Origin: a virus
Reading direction: 5' to 3' (one strand)
Virus record (IMG/VR): IMGVR_UViG_3300045971_000356
Location: 32,001-96,000 of that record
Length of the DNA: 64,000 nucleotides
Shown piece after piece: positions 1 to 8,937 of this stretch; position 1 is the first letter of the stretch; each line of letters starts with the position of its first letter. The position numbers and the translations under genes are program-made. The notes beneath the pieces were generated by a model. The model saw nothing but the letters and a program-made list of their open reading frames with translations. It had not been told where the DNA came from and ran no database searches.

Positions 1-13
1 AGGCGTTTACATT

Positions 14-910
14 ATGAGCAAATTATGGAATGATAGATTATTAACAAGTGGAGCCACATTGAGAATTATGACGTTTTCTCAAAATTCTGTAATTTTAAGC
101 AATGGTTTTACATTATCAGACAAAAATAGTGTAGCACGATTTACTTCAAGATTAAAGCAGGGATGGAATATTGATTTAGCATATCATGAAGACGAAATAG
201 TTCGCCTCGCCTATATAAAGACTCACAAATCTGAATTAGCCAGAAAAGGTGGCATATCATGTCAAGCAATGAATCCACATATTAGGGAAATTGCAACAAA
301 AAATTTAGCAACTGCAAGAGATAATGGTAGTAATCTTGCATACCTTAAAAAACGTGGGCAGTGGAATAAAGGATTGACTAAAGAAACGGATTCACGAATA
401 TTGGCTATCAGCGCCCGGGCAACTGGCAGTGGGAATCCGATGTTTGGTACTAAGCATTCTGAAGAATATAAAGCAACTCAATCCAAGACAATGAAGGAAA
501 ACATTAAGTCTGGCAAATTTACTCCAAGCATTAAAAATAGTAAAACGCATTGGCAAGTTGAATTTGATGGTAAAAAGTTTAGAAGTTCGTGGGAAGCAGC
601 CTGGTCTGCTTTACATCCATCACATTTATATGAACAGATTAGAATTAGTTATTGGGTTGCCAATGTTGAAAAGATCTACATTGTAGACTTTTATGATCCT
701 GCTGTAAACACTCTAATAGAGATTAAACCGGTAGAACATACATATAGTGAACAATTTAAAGCAAAGAAATTATGGGCAGAAAAATGGGCATTAGAGAACA
801 ACGGATATTATAAAGTAATAACCCAGGAGTATTTTAAAGATAATATGCCAGCATTGCTTTTGACTAATCTGCCAGACGATGTTAAAATGAAAATAAGGAA
901 TATTAAATGA
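14..910 (+). CDS. Free-standing homing endonuclease, NUMOD3 + TnsA-N-like PD-(D/E)XK nuclease, lying between split-intein halves of uvsW
   Basis: GSGNPMFGTKHSEE (NUMOD3-like); FRSSWE...YIVDFY...LIEIKP nuclease motifs; AT-rich; stop overlaps next start (ATGA). Confidence 0.75.
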   Translation: MSKLWNDRLLTSGATLRIMTFSQNSVILSNGFTLSDKNSVARFTSRLKQGWNIDLAYHEDEIVRLAYIKTHKSELARKGGISCQAMNPHIREIATKNLATARDNGSNLAYLKKRGQWNKGLTKETDSRILAISARATGSGNPMFGTKHSEEYKATQSKTMKENIKSGKFTPSIKNSKTHWQVEFDGKKFRSSWEAAWSALHPSHLYEQIRISYWVANVEKIYIVDFYDPAVNTLIEIKPVEHTYSEQFKAKKLWAEKWALENNGYYKVITQEYFKDNMPALLLTNLPDDVKMKIRNIK

Positions 911-1011
911 AGGTTATTAGAAAAACATTAACAGAAAAAACGCCAATAACATACAATTTGCACGTTAAAGAGAATCATAATTATGTGGCAAACGGATTAG
1001 TGGTATCCAAT
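907..1011 (+). mobile_element. Split intein IntC (35 aa), +1 residue Cys
   Basis: MKVIRKT...TYNLHVKENHNYVANGLVVSN|C matches intein blocks F/G; own start codon. Confidence 0.9.
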
Positions 1012-1746
1012 TGTCACGGCATTAAAGCAGACGCATTGCTTGGCATGCTAACTGGTGTGATGGCACATATTCCAATACGCTGGGCAGTGACGGGCACGAT
1101 CCCCAAAGAAGATTTTGAGAAGCGGTCACTACAGGTTGCCATTGGCGAGGTGGTGGGCACAATCAAGGCAAGCGACTTACAAGATAAAGGTGTGCTGTCA
1201 AACTGCCACGTTAACATTGTGCAGATGATTGACCACCCAGAATTTAAGCAGTATCAGGATGAACTAAAATATTTGCTTGAGACAGAAGGTCGCCTCCAAT
1301 ACATGGCTGCACTGATTGAGAAAGCAAGTGTGGACGGCAATACTTTGGTGCTGGTTGATCGTGTAGAAGCAGGCAAGACACTGGCGAGTTTGATCCCTGG
1401 CGCAGTATTTTTAAGTGGCGCAACTAAATCAGCAAACCGCAAAGAGCAATATGATTCCATTGCGACGACTAATAACGGCGTGACAATTTGCACGTATGGC
1501 ATTGCTGCGGTGGGCATTAACGTGCCGCGAGTGTTTAACGTGTTTTTGATTGAACCTGGTAAGAGTTTTATACGGGTGATACAGAGCATTGGCCGCGGTT
1601 TGCGCAAAGCGGAAGATAAAGACTTTGTCAACATTTATGACATTACGTCATCATGCAAGTTTGCGAAGCGCCATTTGACTAAACGAAAAGCATTTTACAC
1701 TGAGTCAAATTATCAATATAGTATTGTAAAAGTGGCGTGGCAGTAG
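907..1746 (+). CDS. uvsW: Split-intein C-fragment fused to C-terminal half of UvsW-like SF2 DNA helicase
   Basis: After the intein end (VSN) the extein starts CH (second half of the DECH motif II), then TGT (III), helicase-C motifs TYGIAAVGINVP and QSIGRGLR. Confidence 0.9.
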   Translation: MKVIRKTLTEKTPITYNLHVKENHNYVANGLVVSNCHGIKADALLGMLTGVMAHIPIRWAVTGTIPKEDFEKRSLQVAIGEVVGTIKASDLQDKGVLSNCHVNIVQMIDHPEFKQYQDELKYLLETEGRLQYMAALIEKASVDGNTLVLVDRVEAGKTLASLIPGAVFLSGATKSANRKEQYDSIATTNNGVTICTYGIAAVGINVPRVFNVFLIEPGKSFIRVIQSIGRGLRKAEDKDFVNIYDITSSCKFAKRHLTKRKAFYTESNYQYSIVKVAWQ

Positions 1747-2580
1747 CTAAATTTTTGTCTTACATTTATCGTTGTGCCACCGTGATAGATTAGCTTTAGT
1801 AACTTCTTTACCGCAGTGGATACATTTGAATATGGCGCGATTTTTGTGTGATTCTTTTTGCTTTAAAATAGTTTCTGGAGAAGTAGTTTTTCCTTTGTTT
1901 GCGGGAGCTACCCCTTTTCTCCATGGCGCTGGCCGTCCAGAATATAGATTTGAATAATATTCTTTTCGCTCATTGGAGCATGGGGTATTGTGTTTCCCTA
2001 GATTGTTTTCTGAAATTTTTATCTTTGTTGCTTCTGAGTGTTTATAATTTTTTCTTGTTTCTAATATTTTTGCTATAGTTTCTGGAGTTATGAATCGCCC
2101 ATTCTTGGCAATTGTGGCTTTCATTTTTACTTTTTGCTCTTCTGACATTGGTTTGCCTAGATTGGGCCCAGGTTTTCCTTTATGAGAATCAGATATTTTT
2201 TTGCGTGTTTCAGTAGATACTATTTTACCTTTATGAAGAGAAGAACTAAATTCAGCTATTTTAGCACGGGTAATTTCATAATGTTTGCCTTTAGATACGT
2301 GCCGTTTTTGAGATTTATTTTTAGTGCGAAGTATCATCCAAGCAGCATACCACATGCTGACAGTATGTTTAGGATTTTTGGTCATTCTTGGCAGAAGCAA
2401 ATGTATTAATCTATGTTCTTGGGCAAGCAGTTGAACTAAGTTGTCACTGGAGTTTGACCCGCCTAACGATTTTGGGATAATATGATGTGTCTCAAAATAA
2501 ATATTTGGTGGTAAAGTTCTTGCTTTTGCTTTAGCAATAATGTTACAATACCATTGTGTATATTTGTTTTGTATATACAT
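1747..2580 (-). CDS. HNH homing endonuclease with NUMOD3 repeats and C-terminal Zn ribbon
   Basis: ETHHIIPKSLGGSNSSDNLVQL..EHRLIH; SxETRxKIS repeats; CIHCGK..SRWHNDKCK. Confidence 0.85.
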   Translation of the reverse strand: MYIQNKYTQWYCNIIAKAKARTLPPNIYFETHHIIPKSLGGSNSSDNLVQLLAQEHRLIHLLLPRMTKNPKHTVSMWYAAWMILRTKNKSQKRHVSKGKHYEITRAKIAEFSSSLHKGKIVSTETRKKISDSHKGKPGPNLGKPMSEEQKVKMKATIAKNGRFITPETIAKILETRKNYKHSEATKIKISENNLGKHNTPCSNERKEYYSNLYSGRPAPWRKGVAPANKGKTTSPETILKQKESHKNRAIFKCIHCGKEVTKANLSRWHNDKCKTKI

Positions 2581-2610
2581 TTCTAGATTTCCTGGATTGT
2601 ATACTTATTT

Positions 2611-3129
2611 ATGCGGAGAAATAAAATTAGAATTTTAACTTTAGACAACATTTCGTATCCAATGGATGAGATTCCAGACGAGATTGACGATTTGCGTTTC
2701 TGCGTCTTTGATAACAGTAATCCAAAGGAACCAGATTATTTTTACATTCCACTTATCTTTTTGGAAAGCTTCAACAGCCCAGCATTGGTGCTGAAAATTG
2801 GTGATGACGTTATTCGTATGCCAGTGGACTGGCAGATTTTGATCGGTGAGCCGGACTTAGGCGATTTAGAAGTAGTGCCGCTTACAAGCATTAACGACCG
2901 CGGCTTTAACGTATTTTGTTTTAACCCTATTGCTGGCTTTAAACCAGAGTTTAAGTCAGTGGAAGTGATTGACATCTATCAAGACGTAAAGTGGTATTTC
3001 CCTAAGTTAAAGCCTGGGCAGATGTTAGCAGTGCCGTTGAAGGACAAGACAGACAAGCCGCTTTGTGCATTTTTTGTGAAAGAAATTTCGAGACAATCGG
3101 AAATAGTTGACTACTCTAAAAGTTGGTGA
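2611..3129 (+). CDS. Phage protein, possibly a degenerate Hint-fold domain; possible ATT start at 2626
   Basis: Long beta-rich ORF with phage-core codon usage; GGAG 7 nt upstream of in-frame ATT. Confidence 0.5.
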   Translation: MRRNKIRILTLDNISYPMDEIPDEIDDLRFCVFDNSNPKEPDYFYIPLIFLESFNSPALVLKIGDDVIRMPVDWQILIGEPDLGDLEVVPLTSINDRGFNVFCFNPIAGFKPEFKSVEVIDIYQDVKWYFPKLKPGQMLAVPLKDKTDKPLCAFFVKEISRQSEIVDYSKSW

Positions 3130-3132
3130 AAC

Positions 3133-3384
3133 GTGCCCGTCCCTGCTATAATGGTAACTCCAACAAGGCCCTGGCCCAACCCACCTCCGTTTCGTGTCCC
3201 GCAGCCTGATCCTTGGACAAGGAAAGGAAACTGGCAAAAATGGTTCGCTTGGTATCCAGTGAAGGTCAATGGGGATACACAGTGGTTAAAATTTGTGTAT
3301 CGTAGGAAATGGATTAATGTATTTCACAGTGGCGATGAATTTAAAACAGAATACGGCACAGTGTTTGACATATTGAAAGACTAA
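3133..3384 (+). CDS. Hypothetical protein (W-rich)
   Basis: ORF in operon context; WFAWYPV motif. Confidence 0.5.
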   Translation: MPVPAIMVTPTRPWPNPPPFRVPQPDPWTRKGNWQKWFAWYPVKVNGDTQWLKFVYRRKWINVFHSGDEFKTEYGTVFDILKD

Positions 3385-3385
3385 G

Positions 3386-3868
3386 ATGGCAACAGAATTT
3401 AAAAGCGCAAAACTTACCGTTAACTACGAAATGTCAGCACTTGACAGAAAAGATCGTGGCTTTTACGATAGCTTGACTGTTGAGGAAAAGAAGAGGTTTA
3501 GCAACTTTTTGATGATCCGTTATGGCAGTAGTGTTGGTGGTAGTTCCGACATGCAAGCGTATTACTTGATGTCGACAAACGCAAAGTTGAACAAGAACTT
3601 TTTCGCTATACCTAAAGAGCATGAAAAGTTACAGTGGCTTACAGTCACAACTATATCGCCAGGGATGGGGAATCAGAATCATCAATGGATCTCCATGAAG
3701 AAGAAGGAAGGCAGTGACGCAAAACTAATGAAGTTTTTACGCAAGCAGTATCCAACATACAAGGAAGATGATCTAAAAACATTGATAGCGGTGAACGAGC
3801 CATCAGTGTGGAAGACAATGGCAAAGGACTTGGGCATGACGCCTGAGCAAATTAAATCTGCCTTATAG
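3386..3868 (+). CDS. Putative clamp-loader small subunit (gp62-like)
   Basis: F-x-M-I-R-Y..N..F..LQW pattern recalls T4 gp62; replication context. Confidence 0.4.
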   Translation: MATEFKSAKLTVNYEMSALDRKDRGFYDSLTVEEKKRFSNFLMIRYGSSVGGSSDMQAYYLMSTNAKLNKNFFAIPKEHEKLQWLTVTTISPGMGNQNHQWISMKKKEGSDAKLMKFLRKQYPTYKEDDLKTLIAVNEPSVWKTMAKDLGMTPEQIKSAL

Positions 3869-3983
3869 TAGCATTCTTTTTATTTTGTCTACACTACAAC
3901 TAAGAGCTCTTGCAGCATTGCTGGTGTCCTTTCCGACATTAGAGTAGTTGGGCCGGCAAGCCGCGAACTACACTATTATTTAT
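3863..3983 (-). pseudogene. Internally deleted homing-endonuclease element (promoter + hairpin leader + last 18 codons)
   Basis: Same leader as the elements at 8629-8695 and 38792-38863; ATG at 3918 is out of frame with tail NAARALSCSVDKIKRMLL* (NUMOD1/HTH-like). Confidence 0.6.
3944..3971 (-). repeat. Conserved hairpin leader, copy 1
   Basis: minus strand GTAGTT-CGC-GGC-TTGCCG-GCC-C-AACTAC. Confidence 0.8.
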
Positions 3984-3987
3984 CTAT

Positions 3988-4677
3988 ATGAACCTAACAA
4001 CTGAAATTTATAAATGCCAATATTGTGACAAGTCGTTTAGAAAATTGTCAACTCTTTCGGTTCATATTTGTGAACAGAAACGAAGAGCACAACAAGAAAA
4101 AGACACTGGTGTTCAACTTGGGTTTAGGGCATATTTGCGTTTTTACGAGATGACACAAGGCAGTGCTAAAACAAAAACATACGCTGACTTTTCAGACTCT
4201 GCTTATTACAGTGCGTTTGTAAAGTTTGGGCAATACTTGGTCCAAATACGATGTGTGAACACAGGCATGTTTACAGACTATTTGCTGAAGGAAAGCAAGA
4301 AGTTAGATCAGTGGACAAAAGACGTTTTTTACGATGAGTGGCTGTATACGCATCTACGCAAAGAGCATCCATCAGATGCGTTAGCACGAACGCTGACTGA
4401 ACTACAAACAGCAGCAGATGAGGCTGGGGTTCAACTTGCTGAATCGTTTACTAAAGTCTCAAGCAATAAACTGTGTAACATGATCGTAAACGGTCGTGTG
4501 AGTCCGTGGGTTTTATACAACTGTTCAAGTGGTGTAAATTTCTTGGCTTCACTAAATACTGAACAAGTTAAGTTAGTATTTAAATGGATTGAGCCAACAT
4601 TCTGGCAGCACAAATTTACGGATTTCGTTGCTGACGTGGAGTTTAATAAATCAGTGTTAGAAACTGCGGGATTATGA
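3988..4677 (+). CDS. Zinc-finger protein (CxxC..H.C N-terminus)
   Basis: CQYCDKSF...HIC. Confidence 0.6.
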   Translation: MNLTTEIYKCQYCDKSFRKLSTLSVHICEQKRRAQQEKDTGVQLGFRAYLRFYEMTQGSAKTKTYADFSDSAYYSAFVKFGQYLVQIRCVNTGMFTDYLLKESKKLDQWTKDVFYDEWLYTHLRKEHPSDALARTLTELQTAADEAGVQLAESFTKVSSNKLCNMIVNGRVSPWVLYNCSSGVNFLASLNTEQVKLVFKWIEPTFWQHKFTDFVADVEFNKSVLETAGL

Positions 4678-4678
4678 T

Positions 4679-5005
4679 GTGGCAACTTCCATTAAACATA
4701 GCAATATTTTTAAGGCAGTGCATACAAATCTCGCTCCTGTTCCGTCAGCCATCGGAGAAACTGTAACCACAGTCCGTGGGTTTAACGATACATGGTTTTG
4801 GGTGAAGCCAGAAGCACCATTATGGCCCGCAGAATGGGAAGAAAATAAAATACACCAGAAAGAAATGGTAAAATGGTGCCTTGACTCTTTTGGCAATTTC
4901 GGCTATAATGTATGCACAGACCAGATTCGCTGGGCACACGAGAATAACGTTTTTTATTTTACTTTCGAATCAGACAGAAGCATGTTTCTGTTACGCTGGC
5001 AATGA
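4679..5005 (+). CDS. Small paralogue family A member (C-terminal F-x-x-x-x-D-x-x-x-F-x-L-K/R-W)
   Basis: ends FTFESDRSMFLLRWQ. Confidence 0.7.
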   Translation: MATSIKHSNIFKAVHTNLAPVPSAIGETVTTVRGFNDTWFWVKPEAPLWPAEWEENKIHQKEMVKWCLDSFGNFGYNVCTDQIRWAHENNVFYFTFESDRSMFLLRWQ

Positions 5006-5331
5006 CGCTGAAACAATATATAGCATTGGACATTATTGGTGTTCAATCAATGCCTGCCTTCGCAGGCGAGATTTTCTCCATTACACGAAACAGGTTTGGT
5101 AAGCCAATGCGAGACCCAAAATATCAATTTTCACGTAAAGACTGGTTCATTGCCGACCTTTTTAATAAAGGTTATCACATGTCTGAAGTTCGAGAATGGT
5201 GCACTGAACAGTTTGGGCTAAAATCGGAAAATCCAGATGCATGGTCACGGTGGATCAACAATACTAACTCGTTATTTAGATTTCGCGACGAGAAAGATTA
5301 CGTGCTATTTGTATTACGGTGGGGATCATGA
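5002..5331 (+). CDS. Family A member
   Basis: ends FRFRDEKDYVLFVLRWGS; ATGA coupling. Confidence 0.7.
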   Translation: MTLKQYIALDIIGVQSMPAFAGEIFSITRNRFGKPMRDPKYQFSRKDWFIADLFNKGYHMSEVREWCTEQFGLKSENPDAWSRWINNTNSLFRFRDEKDYVLFVLRWGS

Positions 5332-5579
5332 CAGTTAAAAAAACTGTTAAGTGGACTGACTACCCGCACAGATCTAAAAAAGTGCTGCGTGGTCATTGGT
5401 GGTATGTAGCCCCTAACGGAAAAGATGGTCAGTGGTATGGATATTACACATGGTGTAACGAAACAATAGGTAGATGGTGCAGCATCGATGACGGCGAAAG
5501 CCCGTGGGAATTTATGAACGATCAATTTCTTTTTAGACGTGAGGCAGACTTACTGTTGTTTAAGTTGAAGTGGGAATAA
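5328..5579 (+). CDS. Family A member
   Basis: ends FLFRREADLLLFKLKWE. Confidence 0.7.
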   Translation: MTVKKTVKWTDYPHRSKKVLRGHWWYVAPNGKDGQWYGYYTWCNETIGRWCSIDDGESPWEFMNDQFLFRREADLLLFKLKWE

Positions 5580-5764
5580 TGTCACGCATAACAATTACTT
5601 GCCCAATTACTTGGTGGGAACGTTGTAATTGGGTCGCTGAAAATTGTAAGGGATATAAAGATGCGACTTGCTGGTCAGCGTGGAATATTGGGTATGATGA
5701 CATTTATTTTGAAGTAAACGATAAAGACGCAATGTGGTATCATTTAATATGGGGGTGTAAATAA
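5579..5764 (+). CDS. Family A member
   Basis: ends FEVNDKDAMWYHLIWGCK; TAATG coupling. Confidence 0.65.
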   Translation: MSRITITCPITWWERCNWVAENCKGYKDATCWSAWNIGYDDIYFEVNDKDAMWYHLIWGCK

Positions 5765-6003
5765 TGTATCTGTCAGCAGAGGGACGAACGGTAGTCTTAC
5801 CATCAAAGCAATTTTACCACCTGATTGATCATCCGATCCGTGATTGGAATACAGCACAGTTTGGCAAAGGGCTATGGTTCGACAATGCTGCTTTTAAAGA
5901 TCCCGCAGTAATGTGGATAGTTGAAACAGGATTAGCCGCTACTGTGAAGTTTACGTTTAGGAAAAAAGAGGACGCGACGATGTTTGCGTTGAAGTGGCTT
6001 TAA
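5764..6003 (+). CDS. Family A member
   Basis: ends FTFRKKEDATMFALKWL. Confidence 0.7.
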   Translation: MYLSAEGRTVVLPSKQFYHLIDHPIRDWNTAQFGKGLWFDNAAFKDPAVMWIVETGLAATVKFTFRKKEDATMFALKWL

Positions 6004-6004
6004 G

Positions 6005-6184
6005 ATGCACATAGTAAAGATTAGTAACGTTGACGCATTGGCAGAGGCTGAAGCGTGTCATTGGGCATGGAAAAACTGTTTGAGTTTTATTGGTTGGAAA
6101 TTGATTGAAGACAATAAAGTGATTGAATTTAAATTTAAGAGCGAGCATGATGCTTTGATGTTTACACTGATGTGGGCAAAATGA
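6005..6184 (+). CDS. Family A member (59 aa, below ORF-track cutoff)
   Basis: Translated by hand: MHIVKISNVD...FKFKSEHDALMFTLMWAK. Confidence 0.7.
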   Translation: MHIVKISNVDALAEAEACHWAWKNCLSFIGWKLIEDNKVIEFKFKSEHDALMFTLMWAK

Positions 6185-6579
6185 AGTTTTTTGAATACAT
6201 TAACGACAAGTGGCTTACTTTGTATACAGGCAAGGATAAAATCACACGAGATTGGGAAAAGTGGAGCGAGGAAAATATTGTCCGCAGGGCTGATACATTG
6301 CAAAACTATTTTGTGAACTTCAAGCACATCATTGAAGTTGACCCGCAAAAGTTTTGGGACTTCGCTGAACCATTTGGCTGGTGTGTGGTGGAAGATTTTC
6401 AACAATATGAATACCCGCAACGAGCGTTAGGAGACAATGCTGTGGGAAACTGGTTTAGGGGTTATTGGAATCAATGGGACAGTAGGTTTCACCTCACTGA
6501 CTTGGCTGGCAGTGATCGAGTATTTGTGGCAACTAACAACGATGAGGACGCATTGATGATTGCGTTAAAGTATTCATGA
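6181..6579 (+). CDS. Family A member
   Basis: ends FVATNNDEDALMIALKYS. Confidence 0.7.
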   Translation: MKFFEYINDKWLTLYTGKDKITRDWEKWSEENIVRRADTLQNYFVNFKHIIEVDPQKFWDFAEPFGWCVVEDFQQYEYPQRALGDNAVGNWFRGYWNQWDSRFHLTDLAGSDRVFVATNNDEDALMIALKYS

Positions 6580-6845
6580 CTGACGAGGAAATGGACCAGT
6601 TGAATTTGTTTACTGTCCCGTGGCATTGGACAGATGTAGTAATGCCAACGTATTTAACGGAAGCAGTAAACTGGTGTATTGAACTGGGTTTGGATTATGA
6701 GGTTGATTACTACGTTGAAACTATTGATGAAACGGTAAAAGTTGCGCCACGTGGGAAAATGACACAGGTAGTTCGAACACATCACTGGTTGTTTAAAGAT
6801 CCGCAATATGCTACAATGTTTAGATTAAAATGGTGTGGGCAATGA
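6576..6845 (+). CDS. Family A member
   Basis: ends WLFKDPQYATMFRLKW. Confidence 0.7.
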   Translation: MTDEEMDQLNLFTVPWHWTDVVMPTYLTEAVNWCIELGLDYEVDYYVETIDETVKVAPRGKMTQVVRTHHWLFKDPQYATMFRLKWCGQ

Positions 6846-7165
6846 TGTATTCAAGAAGTGAGTTTAAGAAAATATTGAATTCCTGGAAAAAAGGTCTGGG
6901 TAGTGAGAATGGGCCGGCGTGGGAAGGTGAAAAGCATGCGAAAGTTAAATGTGATTGGTTTGTAAAAGTCATTCCAATTACTGACGATTTCCACGTCGAT
7001 AATAACAAGAATAATTACTGGCGGTGGTGCAACGATACACTAACTGGCAAATTACTGTGTATCAGCACTACAGGCAATGTTAATGTTAATGTTAAGGATA
7101 GGCAAGAGTGGTGGGGTTTTACTAATAAAGATGATATTCCGCTGTGGCTGCTGAAGTGGGCATGA
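6842..7165 (+). CDS. Family A member
   Basis: ends WGFTNKDDIPLWLLKWA. Confidence 0.7.
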   Translation: MMYSRSEFKKILNSWKKGLGSENGPAWEGEKHAKVKCDWFVKVIPITDDFHVDNNKNNYWRWCNDTLTGKLLCISTTGNVNVNVKDRQEWWGFTNKDDIPLWLLKWA

Positions 7166-7350
7166 CAACAGTTACTATAGTGAAGAATGAAGATGCGTTG
7201 CAAGCACTTTACTGGGCTAAAGAAAACTGCCCAAGTTATATAACGAACGACATGCACATGAACGGATATAATACATACGATGTGACGAAACTTGACTTCC
7301 ATTTTAGTGAAGCAGAGGATGCTCTAATGTTTAGATTGAGGTGGCAATGA
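7162..7350 (+). CDS. Family A member
   Basis: ends [17 protein letters not shown]. Confidence 0.7.
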   Translation: MTTVTIVKNEDALQALYWAKENCPSYITNDMHMNGYNTYDVTKLDFHFSEAEDALMFRLRWQ

Positions 7351-7940
7351 TAAAACAACAAGGCGACATAGATATTGATTTCCCAAACAGGGATAACGCA
7401 CTGTCACATTTGATGCACTATAAAGCAAGCATTAAGCGTGATAAGACATTCAGCAAACACGCTACGGGGATATACTTCACGGAAATTCCGCATGACTTAG
7501 ACGGTAACGCAACTATTGATTACAAAGAGGCAGAGGGAAGAGGATACTTTAAGGTAGACTTCTTGAACGTGTCAGTATACGAGCAAGTGACGTCAGAGCA
7601 GCATTTAGTTGAGTTGATGACTACGAACCCACCGTGGCAGCGATTGCTTGAGCCAGATTTTTGCGCACAGTTGATACACGTGGGCAACTATAACTGGATG
7701 ATTAAAAACTTAGCAGAGCCTATTGACAGCATCCCGCGATTAATGATGTTTATATCTTTGATACGCCCCGGAAAGAAACATTTAGTTGGAAAAACTTGGA
7801 AAGAAATAGCAGAGACTATTTGGGACAAACCAACCGACGGGTCATATGCATTCAAAAAGTCGCATGCCTGCGCCTATTCGCATTTAATTATTGTTCACAT
7901 GAATCTATTGGTAGAGCAAGAGAAGTTATCCATTTGTTAA
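7347..7940 (+). CDS. Miniature DNA polymerase III alpha (DnaE)-like protein
   Basis: [26 protein letters not shown] and [11 protein letters not shown] are collinear DnaE palm/finger motifs within about 197 aa. Confidence 0.8.
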   Translation: MIKQQGDIDIDFPNRDNALSHLMHYKASIKRDKTFSKHATGIYFTEIPHDLDGNATIDYKEAEGRGYFKVDFLNVSVYEQVTSEQHLVELMTTNPPWQRLLEPDFCAQLIHVGNYNWMIKNLAEPIDSIPRLMMFISLIRPGKKHLVGKTWKEIAETIWDKPTDGSYAFKKSHACAYSHLIIVHMNLLVEQEKLSIC

Positions 7941-8631
7941 ACGTATTGATCGCCATTTCTTTTTTGTCTATAATTCTACTAACTCGTAATCGTTTTTGAC
8001 CAGTATTTTTTGCTACTCTATTTGCTACTGTGTCTATTGATTGTTTAATATGCTTGCCAAACATTCCATTTTTTGACCCAGGATGACCGCATTTTGCTTT
8101 TGCCTCAGCAGTATGTGTTTTGCCAAACATATGATTTCTATCACCAACCATAAGCCCAGTTAAACTTTTTGCTCTTTTATCTATTGTTTCTTTAGATTGC
8201 GCGCGACCTGCATTCTTTTTACCACCTTGCTTATATTTGTCATCTAATAGAGTCAATCCTTTATTCCACGGTATGTTTCCTTTCTTAACACCCATGTTTT
8301 TAGTTATTGCTTTTGGTTTTCTAAGTTTTTGCTTATGCTCATTGGTCATATTAACTATCCTACCACTGGTTCCGTCCCCACCGTCAGTTAAGTTTCTTAA
8401 AATACCTGTGTTGATATCTTTACGGCCATACCATTTGATTAATCTGCGTTCTATGGCTAACGCTCCGATCTCAGTGAGATTATTTTCAACTATAACAATT
8501 AAGTGTTTATTTTTCGGAAGGTTAACATTATGTTTTACAAAAACTCGACGCTTGCATCCCTTACCTATATAATATGGAGTTCCGTCTTGTCGCAAGTATG
8601 CGTAGACATAATAAATAAGTTGGCTGGACAT
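7888..8631 (-). CDS. GIY-YIG homing endonuclease (NUMOD3)
   Basis: [18 protein letters not shown]...E..LI..YGRKD...NLTDGG; start after hairpin leader. Confidence 0.85.
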   Translation of the reverse strand: MSSQLIYYVYAYLRQDGTPYYIGKGCKRRVFVKHNVNLPKNKHLIVIVENNLTEIGALAIERRLIKWYGRKDINTGILRNLTDGGDGTSGRIVNMTNEHKQKLRKPKAITKNMGVKKGNIPWNKGLTLLDDKYKQGGKKNAGRAQSKETIDKRAKSLTGLMVGDRNHMFGKTHTAEAKAKCGHPGSKNGMFGKHIKQSIDTVANRVAKNTGQKRLRVSRIIDKKEMAINTFNKWITSLALPIDSCEQ

Positions 8632-8656
8632 ATGGCCTTTCATCGGGTTGTTTAGG

Positions 8657-8684
8657 GTAGTTGGACCTGCAAGTCGCGAACTAC
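8657..8684 (-). repeat. Conserved hairpin leader, copy 2
   Basis: minus strand GTAGTT-CGC-GAC-TTGCAG-GTC-C-AACTAC. Confidence 0.8.
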
Positions 8685-8712
8685 ACTATTATTTAGCTTA
8701 TAATAACCTTCA

Positions 8713-8937
8713 ATGGATCTAATTAAAGACGTTAACAACTTATTTCGGTTTAAACTTCTTACAAAGCTTAGAAAGTTAAGTCCGAACAATAGGTTTGATG
8801 ATGCCTTTGATAAGTGGGTCTTTAAAAACTACGGGTTACGTTTGAGATACGAGTTGCCTGACCGCCCGTTAGTGATAACCGGGATGAATATTTCTGAAGA
8901 GGATTATACGTTGTTATTGCTAAAACTGTCTGCTTAG
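8713..8937 (+). CDS. Small protein, family A-like C-terminus
   Basis: ends EEDYTLLLLKLSA. Confidence 0.5.
   Translation: MDLIKDVNNLFRFKLLTKLRKLSPNNRFDDAFDKWVFKNYGLRLRYELPDRPLVITGMNISEEDYTLLLLKLSA

Noticed and set aside
3944-3971. GTAG-hairpin as a REP or IS200/IS605 end
   Set aside because: GTAG is within the stem, no Y1/RAYT transposase is present, and all copies sit between a late promoter and a start codon.
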